This document shows, in pieces, positions 49,508 through 61,507 of a DNA stretch of 64,000 nt. The notes under the pieces are model-generated. The model was given only the letters and a program-made list of their open reading frames with translations, did not search any database and was not told the origin of the DNA. Origin of the DNA: Epiperipatus broadwayi (taxonomy: Eukaryota > Animalia > Onychophora); contig JAQFVV010000006.1 of assembly GCA_028023455.1 (NCBI GenBank), positions 10,478,001 to 10,542,000 on the forward strand. The letters are read 5' to 3'. The translations under genes and the position numbers were made by a program. How positions within the stretch are numbered: the stretch's first letter is position 1; every line of letters begins with the position of its first letter.

Positions 49508-49827
49508 AACCACTAAATCATCACACAATCACCGTTTCCTATGCTTACTTAAGCTATTAAAATAGTATCAAACTCTCCATACAGTAGTGCCATCTAGTGC
49601 AAACCTTAGTAATCAATGAATTCAAGTGCATAAAATCCGTATTTTGTGCACACTCAACCTATATCCCTAGATTAGTTTCTATTTTGTTTTCATCAGTGAG
49701 GAATATTGGATCTGAGGTACTGCATTTAGATCTTAGGATCTAATGTGCTAATCTTTTTGCATCCATTCATTACTAAGGCTTACACTGGGTGGCACTACTG
49801 TATAAAGAGTTTGCTATGGTTTTGAAT
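49508..49827. mobile_element. Older family-A fold-back
   Basis: Possible 8-bp TSD TTATTCAA; decayed HHR at ~49665-49700 (-). Confidence 0.7.
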
Positions 49828-50070
49828 TTATTCAAGTAATAATTATATTTTTAAAGTTCACTTACAATACCTCTTTAATTATTTAAATAAATATTTAACT
49901 TCCCTTAATTGATGTTTTCTTACATCAAATCTGTATTTATCAATGGGGTTCATGAAATTGATAAATGTGTGTAGAGAAACTTAATCATTCATTTTATAAA
50001 AAAAAGTTAGTTTATTAATGGTGAAATAAAAAAAAAATTTATGAGTTTATTTTCAAAAGAATTATAGGGA

Positions 50071-50206
50071 ATTTGAACTCAGACTTTCAAGCACCCTTCA
50101 ACTATCCACACTATCTCATACAACTGATACACATATGTGGTCATGTGTATCAGTTGTATGAGATAGTGTGGATAATTGAAGGGTACTTGAAAGTCTGAGT
50201 TCAAAT
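50071..50206. repeat. Hairpin (64-bp arms, 8-nt loop) made of family-C 3' sequence
   Basis: 50071-50134 versus 50143-50206. Confidence 0.85.
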
Positions 50207-51364
50207 CCAGTATATTTACAATTAAGCTCCAGGTTTATGAGTGCTTGGTTTTCAAATATTTCAAAAGAATTTTTTTAAATGCTTGGAAAACAATGTTTTT
50301 TTTCTTGACTTAAAAAATGGTAAGAAGAGGATAATTTTTAAATTATACTTAGCAATTAAATATTCTTGTCCAAACTTGAAAATTTTTTTATTTAATGATT
50401 GTTAATGTTATTTAAATGCAATAATTGGACTTCTGTAAAATGGTATGTACATTGCTAGTAAATATGGGTATTTACATATTACATCTGCTGCACCTTTTCA
50501 CATCCATGACATTCTGTCTATAAATATCTAACCTTGCGATCCCATCAAATAAACCTTGCTATCACATAACATGAACACTGAAACTTCTGAGACACAAAAA
50601 TAATAAAAACACATTACAATATTAAATAAACACAGGTAATTGTGAGTTTGTTTCATCATGGTAATTACGATACTAAATAAAAACAGGTAGTTGTGAATTT
50701 TCTAAAACAGCACTTTATGCCATCAAAACAGTGCCCCCACAAGGTAATACATTCTGCCACCACAATAATGGCCAGAAATTCTCAAATTTTACTTAAATGT
50801 AAAAAAGTACTACATATATTAACTTTGGCATGAACTTCAAAATGGACACAAAGAAGAGGATACTTTCATTTGTAACAGTCAGATTTATACATTCACATAA
50901 CAAAACCTAGAGTCCAGGTAAAATGCACTAAACCTGATCAAAATAGGATAGAAATATCCTATGTCCAACCATGCTTCTGAGGTTACACAGGGGCCTTATT
51001 TAATTTGCAAGCCAGCTCCAAACAAGGAGAGATATGAGACTTATAAACTGACCACATATGCAGTATCAAATGGGTTAAATAAACTAATAATAGTAAACTT
51101 AAGATAATATTAATATTTAACTAGAATGCATACCAAAGATATCTAATGAATAATTATATAATTGAAATTGGAATACAGGCAAAATGACCATGAAGGCGAG
51201 GTAAATCTTAAATAAATTTTATTAATAATAAAATAATAAAATTGAAAAATAAAATAAAATAGAATACACACACAATTGGAAAGCAAAATATACACCAGAT
51301 TTGATGGCTGCAGGCATTATACAGTGTAGTGAGATTAATTAAATTGTTACAGCATATAATCTCA

Positions 51365-54310
51365 TTCATCATCATCATCATCATCAACCATTATCAATCC
51401 ACTGCAGGATGAAGGTCTCTCCAAGTTTAATCCATCTTCTCCGATCTTTAGCTTCTCTTCTCCACAACACCCCTGCACATTTTCTTATTTCATCCATCCA
51501 TCTCACATGTGGTATCTTTCTGGGTCTTTTACAATCTCTTGGAATCCAGTTTAAAATTTCAATTGTCCATCTATTATCATCTCTTCTAGCAATATGTCCA
51601 GCCCAACTCCAATCTTTTAATTTTTTCAATAAGGTCAGTAACACCTGTTTGTTGTCTTACCCATACATTGCGTTTTCGATCTCTTCTTGTTACTCCCAAC
51701 ATACATCTCTCCATACTCCTTTGAGTGGTCTGAAGTCTCTGTATTGCTCTTCTATTAAGTGTCCAAGTCTCAGATCCATAAGTAAGAACTGGTAAAACAC
51801 ATTTGTTAAAAACCATCCTTTTCAAACACATAGGCATATTTCCTTTAAGTATCAAGTTATTTCTACCAAAAGCACTCCAACCAAGTTTAATTCTATGATT
51901 AATTTCCTCCATTATGTTTCCATCTGTATTAATAATCTGACCAAGGTATTTGTAACTGTTAACTTCTTCTAATTCTTCATAATCAATCTTTATTTTCATA
52001 TTTTGAGCAAATCGATTAAACATTACTTTAGTCTTTTTAACATTTATCTTTAGTCCTACTTTTCTACTTCCATCTGCTAACTCCTGCAACATTTCCTGCA
52101 GCTTGGAAGCATTATTTGAAAAAACAACTACATCATCTGCGAAATCTAAATGACTTAAATACTCTCCATTTACTTTCACTCCTTTAGTTTCCCATTTTAA
52201 TCCACAAAATACTTCTTGCAGCACTGGAAGTTTTGGAGATATGGAGTCACCTTGTCTTACACCTTTCTCAATGTTGATTTTTCCAGTATTATTATGTAAT
52301 CTAATTGTTGCTGTTGCATTTTTATAAATATTCTTTAAAATATGACAATATCCTGGATCTATGCCTTGATGATCCAATGCTTTAATCACTGAAGAAATGT
52401 GTATAGAATCGAATGCCTTTTCATAATCTACAAATCCAAAACATAATGACAACTCATATTCATTTGTCCTTTCTATGACTTCTCACAATACCTGGATATG
52501 ATCTATTGTACTAAAACCACTTTTAAATCCAGCTTGTTCTCTTGGTTGGTGGAAATCCAAAGTTCTCTGTAGACGAGTTGTAATTATCTTGGTAAAAATT
52601 TTATATAAAACTGATAAAAGGCTGATAGGTCTGTAATTTCTAATATCTTCTTTATCACCTTTTTTAAATATTAATATTATTACCGCATTCTTCCAATCTT
52701 CCGGTACATCTTTATCATTTAGACATTTGGTATATAACTTTGCTAAAATTGTTTCTATTTCTTCACCTGCTTCTTTTAATATATCAATTATAATTCCATC
52801 ATTTCCTGGAGCCTTTCCTTTCTTCATACACTTAATTGCATGTCTCACTTCTTCATTTAAAATTCTGGGTAATTCGGAAGATGTAATAGATATAGGAGGT
52901 ACTTGTTCTTTATAATTCTTGATAAAAATCTTCTACCAATTTCATGATGTCATCTCTCTTTTTAGTAATAATTCCATCTTTTTTTCTTATTGCAGATATA
53001 AATTTCCTACCAATACCAAAATGTTGTTTAACATTTTTGAGACTTTTATTTTCTTCTACAGTTTTCCTTGCTATTTCATAGTTATACTTTCTTATATCAT
53101 TTTCAACTCTTTTCCGTACCATTTTACAAAATTCAAGATATTCAATTCTTTTTAATACATCATTTTTGTATATCTTCATATTCCTTCTTTTCTTCATAAA
53201 TTCTCTAGTCTCAGTAGAAATTTTATTAGTCAATTGCTGCTTTTTTCTACCAGCTATCTTTGTTGCAGTTTTTAAAAGTGTATCAATTATTTTCATATTA
53301 ATTTCATTCAAATCTGAATCATGTTCAAAATCTCCTAACACTTGAAACCTATTTGTAAGTTCTAATTTAAATTCATTAGAATGTTTCTGAAGATTAGGAA
53401 TATCAACTGTAAATATTGTTTTTCTTAATAATTTTTGTCTCTCTAGTTTTACATTAACATGTAACTTACATCTTACTAATCGATGATCACTTCCTGTGTT
53501 AAATTTATTAAGAACATTACAATCTTGAAATGTGTATTTTCTGTTAGTCAAAATATAATCCAATTCTGCTGTACCTTCATTTGGATGCTTCCATGTCCAT
53601 TTCCTTTTAACATTTTTCTCAAAAAATGAATTCATAATATAAAGTTTTTCTTTTTCTGCAAACTCCACAAGTCTATGTCCTCTCTCATTTCTATTACCAT
53701 AATCAAAATTACCTACAGCACTTTCATCTTTCATTTGTTTACCAATTCTAGCATTAAAGTCTCCCATAACGATTTTAAAATGTTGTTTACTCTGATCAAA
53801 AGCCTTTTGTACATCCATATAAAAATCTTCTACTACTTCATCACTATGAGAACTTGTTGGGGCATAAACCTGAATTATCTGCATTTGGTATCTGCTATTA
53901 AGTTGTATAACTAACTAATCTTGCCACTCTGTCTGATACACCATCAATCTCCACAATATTGTTCTTCCACTTTTTATTTATAATGAATCCTACTCCACTT
54001 GTATTTCCAATATGTGTGCCTTTATAATAGAGTATATGTCCACTTTTTAAATCAATTGTTTCTTCTCCTTTTCTTCTAACTTCACAAGGTCCAATAATGT
54101 CCCATTTAATATAAGACAGTTCTTCTTCTAATTCTTGCAATCTTCCTTCACTTGAAAGTGATCTGCAGTTGTAAGTACCTAAATAAAAAGTTGTCATCAA
54201 ATGGCAGCCTGGGTCCGCAATCAGGGGATTCTTAGCACCCTCCGCCTTTGGCCACCAACCGCTGCCTTGGTTGGTGACTTTACATCCTCCTGGGAATAAG
54301 GGCCATGCTT
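51365..54310 (-). mobile_element. RTE-clade LINE, near full length, with (GAT)n 3' tail
   Basis: APE plus RT in consecutive ORF pieces; (ATC)n at 51365-51385 on the plus strand; GC-richer 5' UTR at 54198-54310. Confidence 0.95.
51384..54197 (-). pseudogene. Frameshifted APE endonuclease-reverse transcriptase ORF of the RTE LINE
   Basis: GTYNCRSL, QVYAPT, VMGDFNA, ELDYIL, SDHRLV (APE); KAPGNDG, YRPISLL, FVDYEKAFDS, GVRQGDSISP, LDFADD, YKYLG (RT); WAGHIARR; about four frameshifts. Confidence 0.92.
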
Positions 54311-55985
54311 TATTTTTGTCTGTCATAATTGTATATATGTATTGGAAAAATATTTATCATTTACACAAACATTCATTCTGCCTTATCAGGCACTGAGAAG
54401 AAAGACCATGGTGTTTCTTGATCTTAAACTCAGAGGTAAAAAGCCAATAAACTCACCACGCTGGCTAATGCATGTTGGTGAGCATCCCATCCATGTTCGT
54501 ATACTATATGAATAATCACATAGTAATAACAGCTGCAACGACAATAATGTATGGAGTGGACATTAGGAATTTGCCCTGCTCGATTCCTTTAAGGCCTCCA
54601 AGAGGAATCAAAGGGTCTCCTTTCAGTTAATAGCAAACTCCTTTCTGCAGCCATATAATCTCATTAGAGTAGGTTTAATAGATTTGTGCATGGTGAATAA
54701 ATTATGCTTATGGAAAACTAATATACTAAATACTATTTCTGTATTTATAATTTGCCAACTGATGAGGTGACAATGGTAGCCAGAGACGTATATAACTAAT
54801 ACTGTGCAAATGTTGCAGCTGTTCGAGTTGAATTAAGTAAGATTTGAGTGCAATAATAAAGCTCAAGAATGATATAAATCAGACTCCATCAATCAGAGAT
54901 TCTCATGGCTTCAGACAAATTCTGAATATATATTCTACAAATGAAGAACTGGCTAAACTGGCATTACATAATCAAAAAAGCAAGTCATATATAACGTGAC
55001 ATTACTTTCAATAAACTTGTAATTACAAAAATGCAATACAGAGAGCGTACCAATAGCTCAAACAAGCTCTTAATTAATAAGTGCAGTTGAGAAAATATGG
55101 CATTACATATATGTTGCTACAGGTAACTTTACTAAATTTTAATAATAAGATGGCAGTCTGATTGTACAATTATTTCCATATAATAGATGTGCAGTACATT
55201 TAAACCAGGAAGTTTGCTAATAAATATGAGTCTGCAACTCAGATAGGCTATTCAAGAGTTCTGGGTCCTTACCCCAGTAACTTGTTTGGTACTCTTAGCG
55301 AGACAAAATGGCCCCTGGATGTGATTTTGTGTTCACTGTTATGTGGGCTGCCTATAAATGGAGACGGCCTCCAACATATGCCCATAAGAGATAAGCTGGA
55401 CAAAATATATCTACATATATATATATCATAAATTCACATCCTCAGCGCACACGGAAAAATAACAAATATGTCAAAATTAAATTAATCATGCGGTAAACAG
55501 ATAGCCAATATCTCTGCATAGCCAATGAAAGCTGGCTCGTAAAATTAAGCATCTAATTATAATGCTATAATAAAGGATTAAATTAATATTAATAATCCAG
55601 TTTAATAAATCACTAATCTGCATCATTTATCAGATTCTACAAAAAGGGGGGACAGGTATTTGTGAGGGGGTCATAATTAATAATAAACTATAAAATATAC
55701 CTTAATAATATATCTGGCTGGCTAGGCTTTAACTATCAGATAAAATGGATCTTTGGAATCATAACTTATAATTCTAATATCACAAACCATAATAACTATT
55801 TAACAAATAAAAAATCTAAATCAATCTATATTATTCTAAAAATTGCAAGGCAATAATATACTATTTGAATATAAAATAATTTCGAAACAGTGAGCCAGGT
55901 TAAGCTAAAATAAGGATTATTTTACATTTATTAAGTCGAAGATGAAAATAATAAGATCTTTGATATAGAATTATTAGAATTAAAT

Positions 55986-56287
55986 ATCCTCGCTATTTTT
56001 TTTTTTCATGTGTTAAAGCATCGACCGGGAAGCGAATCCACGCTATTTTTTTTTCATGTGTCAAAGCATCGACCGGAAAGCGAATCCTCGCTATTTTTTT
56101 TTCATGTGTCAAAGCATCGACCGGGAAGCGAATTATTGCTATTTTTTTTTTCATGTATCAAAGCATCAACCAGGAAGCGAATCCTCGCTATTTTTTTTTT
56201 CATGTGTCAAAGCATCGACCTGGAAGTGTACCCGGGACAACTGTTTGTAAGGCAGCTGTGCTAACCACTCGGCCAACAACACTTGAC
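55986..56287 (-). repeat. tRNA-Gly SINE with four extra tandem copies of its 3' half plus A-tail (~48-50-bp units)
   Basis: Units start at 55991, 56041, 56089, ~56138, 56186; only the last continues into the full tRNA-like head (56225-56287). Confidence 0.9.
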
Positions 56288-56936
56288 CAATATGCTAATT
56301 CGAAGTACATTTGTCATATTATCACATATATAATAAAAATAAAATTTTATCAACTAAAATTTATAAAATGACATAGGCATCTCTGCAAATGAAAATAAAA
56401 AATAAGTTTTAATTAATAAAATGATTATTAATATTTCATTTTAATATACATAGTATTAAAGAGTTTACATATTTAAGTTTACAAAGAATTAGACAAGTAA
56501 TTATTAGTGATTCAACATTTAATTTAGAAAAAGCTTTAAAAGTTAGGTTCGAACATTCATTTAAATTTAAAATAGCTATAGCTTTGAAAGTTAAGAGTGA
56601 AAGTTCGTTTTTATGACTCTTTGTGAAATTCTTAGGAGTTCTTCTCTAAACTTCTTAGTGACAGCTTGTCTGTTGGCACTTCTTGAAGTATGGTAGTAAT
56701 TCTTGTTCTCAGGATCTCATTGCAGTAAGTTATTAACAGGAATGTCTTCCATTCTACGATGGCTATGTGCCACTTCGGCAGATAGGATGGAGACAGAGAT
56801 CACAATTACCTGAGCTTGGAAAACAGGAATTCCTACCTGCTCTACTCAGCCATGTTAAAATTCAATCCAGCATGGATTATGTTAGTAGACACTTTCTAAA
56901 TTTTACAGAGTGTATTTTACATAGAAAAACTTAATC

Positions 56937-57324
56937 TAAATGTGATATGTTGGACTATTTCCATCATCTATGAGTGAATGTTGAATGTATAGAAAATTGT
57001 AAACTTTATTTAAACTTTCCTAATACAAACAACTTTGTTAATAATAACACACAAATAGACAACACAGGTTAATAATTACTCTGTCGGAGTAGTAGTATTC
57101 TTCACTCTTCTTCAGGTGTTGCTGGTCTATATGCACAGTGACAATATTTGCTTAGAAGTTGAACTCACACCTCTAGATTCTTGAATATTGAATTTAAGGC
57201 AAATGCTCTAACCAACTGAGCTATTCTATTAAAGTCGTTTGTATTTGGAAAGTTTAAATAAAGTTTAAAATTTTCTATACATTCACTCATAGATGATGGA
57301 AATAATCTAACATATCACATTTAA
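56937..57324. mobile_element. Family H element (minus, 56937-57229) with inverted tail copy (57231-57324)
   Basis: Minus strand: GAATAGCTCAGTTGGTTAGAGCA..GAGTTCAAC head, CTGAAGA-AGAGTG..TACTCC-GACA core, and tail homologous to 12260-12360. Confidence 0.7.
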
Positions 57325-58876
57325 TAATATACTATCATCGCAAACCTTCAGGAAAAAAACAGCCTATTTTTACTCGCTTGTGCTCAAGTTACAATTTTAA
57401 TAACAAATTTTCTTGAGTGAGACAAGCAATTAGCACTTTTAAAATTTTATATTTTAAATTATCAAAATAACTTTTATGTTTTGTTTTATTCCTTGAATAG
57501 GATGTTTTGCAAGGTTCAATCATTTACTTTTCTCATAAGATTTTAGCAATGGTCACGTTTGACTAAATCTTGTTTACAAGATGAAATGTATTTTTGACAA
57601 TATTTATTGTCTAAACAAATTTTAGATTTCATCATCACGTGGTGCTAAAACAAGTGTGCATCACGTGATTTTATTTTGCAGATTATTTTAAAACAAATTT
57701 AGAAAAATATATTACATGATCGAATAACATGATGGTATATATATATGATGGTGGTATGTGAAATACAACTATACATATACGATTTAAGCAAGTTGAATAC
57801 AAATTGACTTATAAATGTAATTAAATTATTACTTAAAATTATGTGTTATTTTTAAATAAATATATCTCTGTAATCTATATATAAAAATCAGATTACAAAC
57901 ATTGATGCTCATATATATATATGCGCTCATGGCTATACCACCGTATAGGTATCTTAAGAAGTAATCTTTAAGGGTTTAAACCTGGCACAGATGGAGGGTA
58001 TAGGAGTAAATAACTGAAATGTATATAATATGGAAAATGTACTGTTTCACATTTGCATTCTGGATGATATATAAAAAATTGGTCCACCTCACTTATTCTG
58101 TTTTAATAAAAGTTTACAATCCCCCTCCCCCCATAAAGCATATAAAAGTGAAGAACTATGATATTCCGGCTTTACAAAAAAGATGCTGCTGTTTTTTGCA
58201 TTCTGTACTATATTTAAAAAATCAGCCAACTTCATTGATTCCATTTTAATAAAAATTGAATAATTTTTTTTTGACGTTTTGATAAGAATTTACTAATTTC
58301 CTTTTTTTATTTTTTAACAAAATAAATATACTTACACATTTCTCAATCAAGATCCCATGCAGCCATTATAGTGTAAAAACTCATGCTTTAACTCTCCATT
58401 TTTAAAAAATTGGATCTAGACGTAAGTTGTATTTTTTTTTTGATCTGTCTCCATTTTTTACTTTTCTACAGTACTTAATAAATGTAGTATTTTCTTTTTT
58501 GTTATTCATTTTACTGTTCATTTTGTCATTAATATACTTATTATTTTTGTAGTTAATCTCCTTATTTAAGTGATAAAATAGATGTGATATTTCTTTTATT
58601 TTGCTTATGTAGTATTATTTTTTGATAATTTTGCTTCAGTGTCCATTTTGTAATTTTATGCCAGAGTTAATATACGTAGTATTTTTTAATTTTTAGTAAA
58701 ATTTGGGGATTGATGTATATGTGTGCAAATGTCATATCTTGTGTGGGAGGGTAAGGGATGATTTTGACAGCATGAAGTACCGTAATGTGTTTTTATTATT
58801 TTTATGTACAAATTCATATTTTTTGTATTGTTAAGAATGTACTTTTCCAGGTTTAGTCTGGCTTGGTTAGTGTTAT

Positions 58877-59085
58877 ATATTAGAGCTGCTATACCATTTC
58901 ACATATGTATCAGCTCTAAACCTTGTGAAAATGTCATGAAATAACTTGTACACATGATCCATTTTGACCAATTTAGCACTAACATTTGCCAGAAGTTCCT
59001 GTGTACACATTATTGATGACATCACAAGATTAGAAAGTTATTGATGGACTGATATAGATGTGAAAAGGTGTAGCAGCTTTAATAT
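58877..59085. repeat. Degenerate fold-back
   Basis: atattagagctgctataccatttcacat / atgtgaaaaggtgtagcagctttaatat, plus inner tgtacaca and cttgtga matches. Confidence 0.6.
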
Positions 59086-59907
59086 GTAAGTGCTAAAATA
59101 TGTGTAGGTACTTTGGTATTTGTCCTGCTATGATCTATTATTCCAATATCATTTTCATCTGGTAATATTTATTCAAAGTTAAAGTTAACAATGTTATGGC
59201 AACCAAAATACTGGCATGACTAATCCATGTCAATGATTAAGATATTATGTGGTGACCTGGGAAATTAAAAAATATGCTGCCTGAGATTGACTTTGCATTC
59301 TAGAACACATTACACAGTTCAGTCAGCCATAGTGACTCTTGTCATTTGTATGCATTTTTTTGAAATTTAAAAACACATTTCTAATTAAACATTATATTTA
59401 TATTTTATTTGGTGTTTAACACAAATATTTGTTTTACTTTTGAAATAATTTTTAAAATATTTCCTTAAAGTTACAGGTCACCATTTTATTTTTATTTTAG
59501 ATTGAATACATGGTTTGTGACAGTGCAAAGCACTGCAGTAAGCAGTGATCTTGAAGATGTTTCCAGTGACACATAGTGTCATCCAATAAGTGCACAACTC
59601 ATAAGTACCTGTTTATTTAATTTTTAATGTCTTGTTGCCTTTTTTTCAAAATTAATATATGTCTCCATTATTTTTTTATATTACACATGCTATGACATAT
59701 TACATTCGGTGATGCATTATTTTAAGTTTGCAATATGTTTAAAATAACACCTTAATGGTATCTGCAAACAATTTTATCAGTTTTTGTCCATACACTACTT
59801 GGAGACTTTATCTTAAACATTGCAAACTTAGAGTAATATAACATCAGAGTAATATGTCACAGCACGACTAATACCAAAGTACCTATGTTATGTTGTTAGT
59901 TTATAAC

Positions 59908-60360
59908 AATCAATCCTTAAACTATCAACAATCTCAACCTGTAGTCAAGGCAACCTCCTTTAACAATAAAGGTGGCACCATCTTTATCTATAGTCTGATA
60001 TATTTATATAGACACTAAACATTGCAGCTTGACAAGGAATGTGAGATTAATAATGTGAAGAAGTTGAAACAAACCTCATTTGTCAGGCAGATTTAACCTA
60101 TTCTGAAAGCAGACTAATAAATTCTATATAAAGTATATATTTACTAAGGCAATAAATGCCAAATTCTATATAAAGTATATATTTACTAGGGCAATAATGC
60201 CAATTATTCAAGGCTTTAATCAGTTTATAAATGTAGATGATAATGGTCAACTCTTAAGTTATCAACAATCTCAACCTGTAGTCAAGGCAACCTCCTTTAA
60301 TAGTAAAGATGGCGCCACCTTTATGATCTGATATGTTTATATAGATATTAAAGATTGTTG
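59908..60360 (+). repeat. Two ~115-bp direct repeats flanking a ~42-bp tandem duplication
   Basis: tatcaacaatctcaacctgtagtcaaggcaacctcctttaa at ~59923 and ~60260; the same family occurs at ~24080 and at the start of each segmental unit. Confidence 0.75.
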
Positions 60361-61343
60361 TTGGTTTAGATTTTATCTGGTTGGATTTTCTGTTTTATTA
60401 TTAGTTTCTTAAATTTTATCACTTACATAATCTTTCACAGTATGTAACAGTTTCCTTTTACCTAACTAGTTGAACGTACCTCAAAAATGGAAAGAAATAA
60501 ACATATAAAAAAGAGGTAGGATGGATTGGCCTTTTATAAGTAGATTAATCAAGGATTGGCAAATATTCATATGTATCACTGATGATGATATAGTGCATAT
60601 AATATATGACTTGGAATGTGATGATATAAAAGGTCAGTACAAGTACATATAATGTAAATATAAATCTTCATTATTTAATCATGGTAATCTAGTTGGTTAC
60701 GAAATTTATTTTCCTGTTTGCTTTCATTCTGATTTTTGGAATTTGCACTTTTTATATTTTTATGTCATATAATCATCATCATGAACTGTCCACCTCCAGT
60801 TAAATATAGTTATATCTCTGTAATTCCCTTATCACACACATCCATATACATTAGATACTATATATATATATATATATAACATTAGAATACTAGCCAAAAA
60901 ATTTACAAAAATTCTTCCATGACCATAGTTTCATCTATTAACAAATAGGTCTTTTTAAGTGAAATTCAATAATTTATATATAAGACAAATAGCTTTCCCA
61001 TAATCCTTTTCAAAAACCAACTTCTTTTAATCTCAAAGGATATCTTCATGAAATTGATGGCTTCAGATTCAATAAAATTTATCATTAGAACTTCTTTTAC
61101 TCTCCTTTTATGAAAGAAAAGAATCAAAAATGAAACAAATGAATTTAAAAGTAGAGAAAAAATAAATAAAAAGAAGAATAAAAGAAACTCTGATGATCTG
61201 AGGAGACATCTTTTCATGTTAAAGGAAGTTGGTTTTTGAAGTGAATTATGGGAAAGCTATTTTGTTTGGTATATATATTCATATATATCAAACTTTTTTA
61301 TATACTCTCATCATATATACTTTAATGCAATTTTTATATAAGT

Positions 61344-61507
61344 TCTTTATTTTCCTTACAGTTTCAACTGCCCTGCAGTCTTCATCAGAGCTACAACATT
61401 TAAACATATATTTATACCTTATTCTTTCTAATTATATGATTATATGTTTAAATGTTGTAGCTCTGATGAAGTCTGCAGGACAGACGAAACTGTAAGGAAA
61501 ATAAAAG
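61344..61507. mobile_element. Family-E fold-back with an HHR core in each ~65-bp arm
   Basis: Plus: CTGATGA(61463)-A-GTCTG CAGGA CAGAC-GAAAC-TGTA; minus: CTGATGA-A-GACTG CAGGG CAGTT-GAAAC-TGTA. Confidence 0.8.

Noticed and set aside
54198-54310. HDV-like ribozyme in the RTE 5' UTR
   Set aside because: A 10-bp hairpin (GTCACCAACC/GGTTGGTGGC) and GCTAAG are present on the minus strand, but I could not build P1/P3/L3 in the required order; an RNArobo or Infernal search would settle it
54755-54795. Hammerhead CTGATGA..GAGACGTA
   Set aside because: GAAA is mutated, stem II has a mismatch and stem I is absent
55986-56230. CRISPR-like array of ~49-bp repeats
   Set aside because: No unique spacers and no cas genes; units are duplicated SINE 3' ends with A-tails in eukaryotic DNA
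57625-57670. Paired CACGTG E-boxes and scattered AAGATGGC motifs as promoter elements
   Set aside because: Short motifs with no adjacent identifiable gene; cannot be supported from sequence alone
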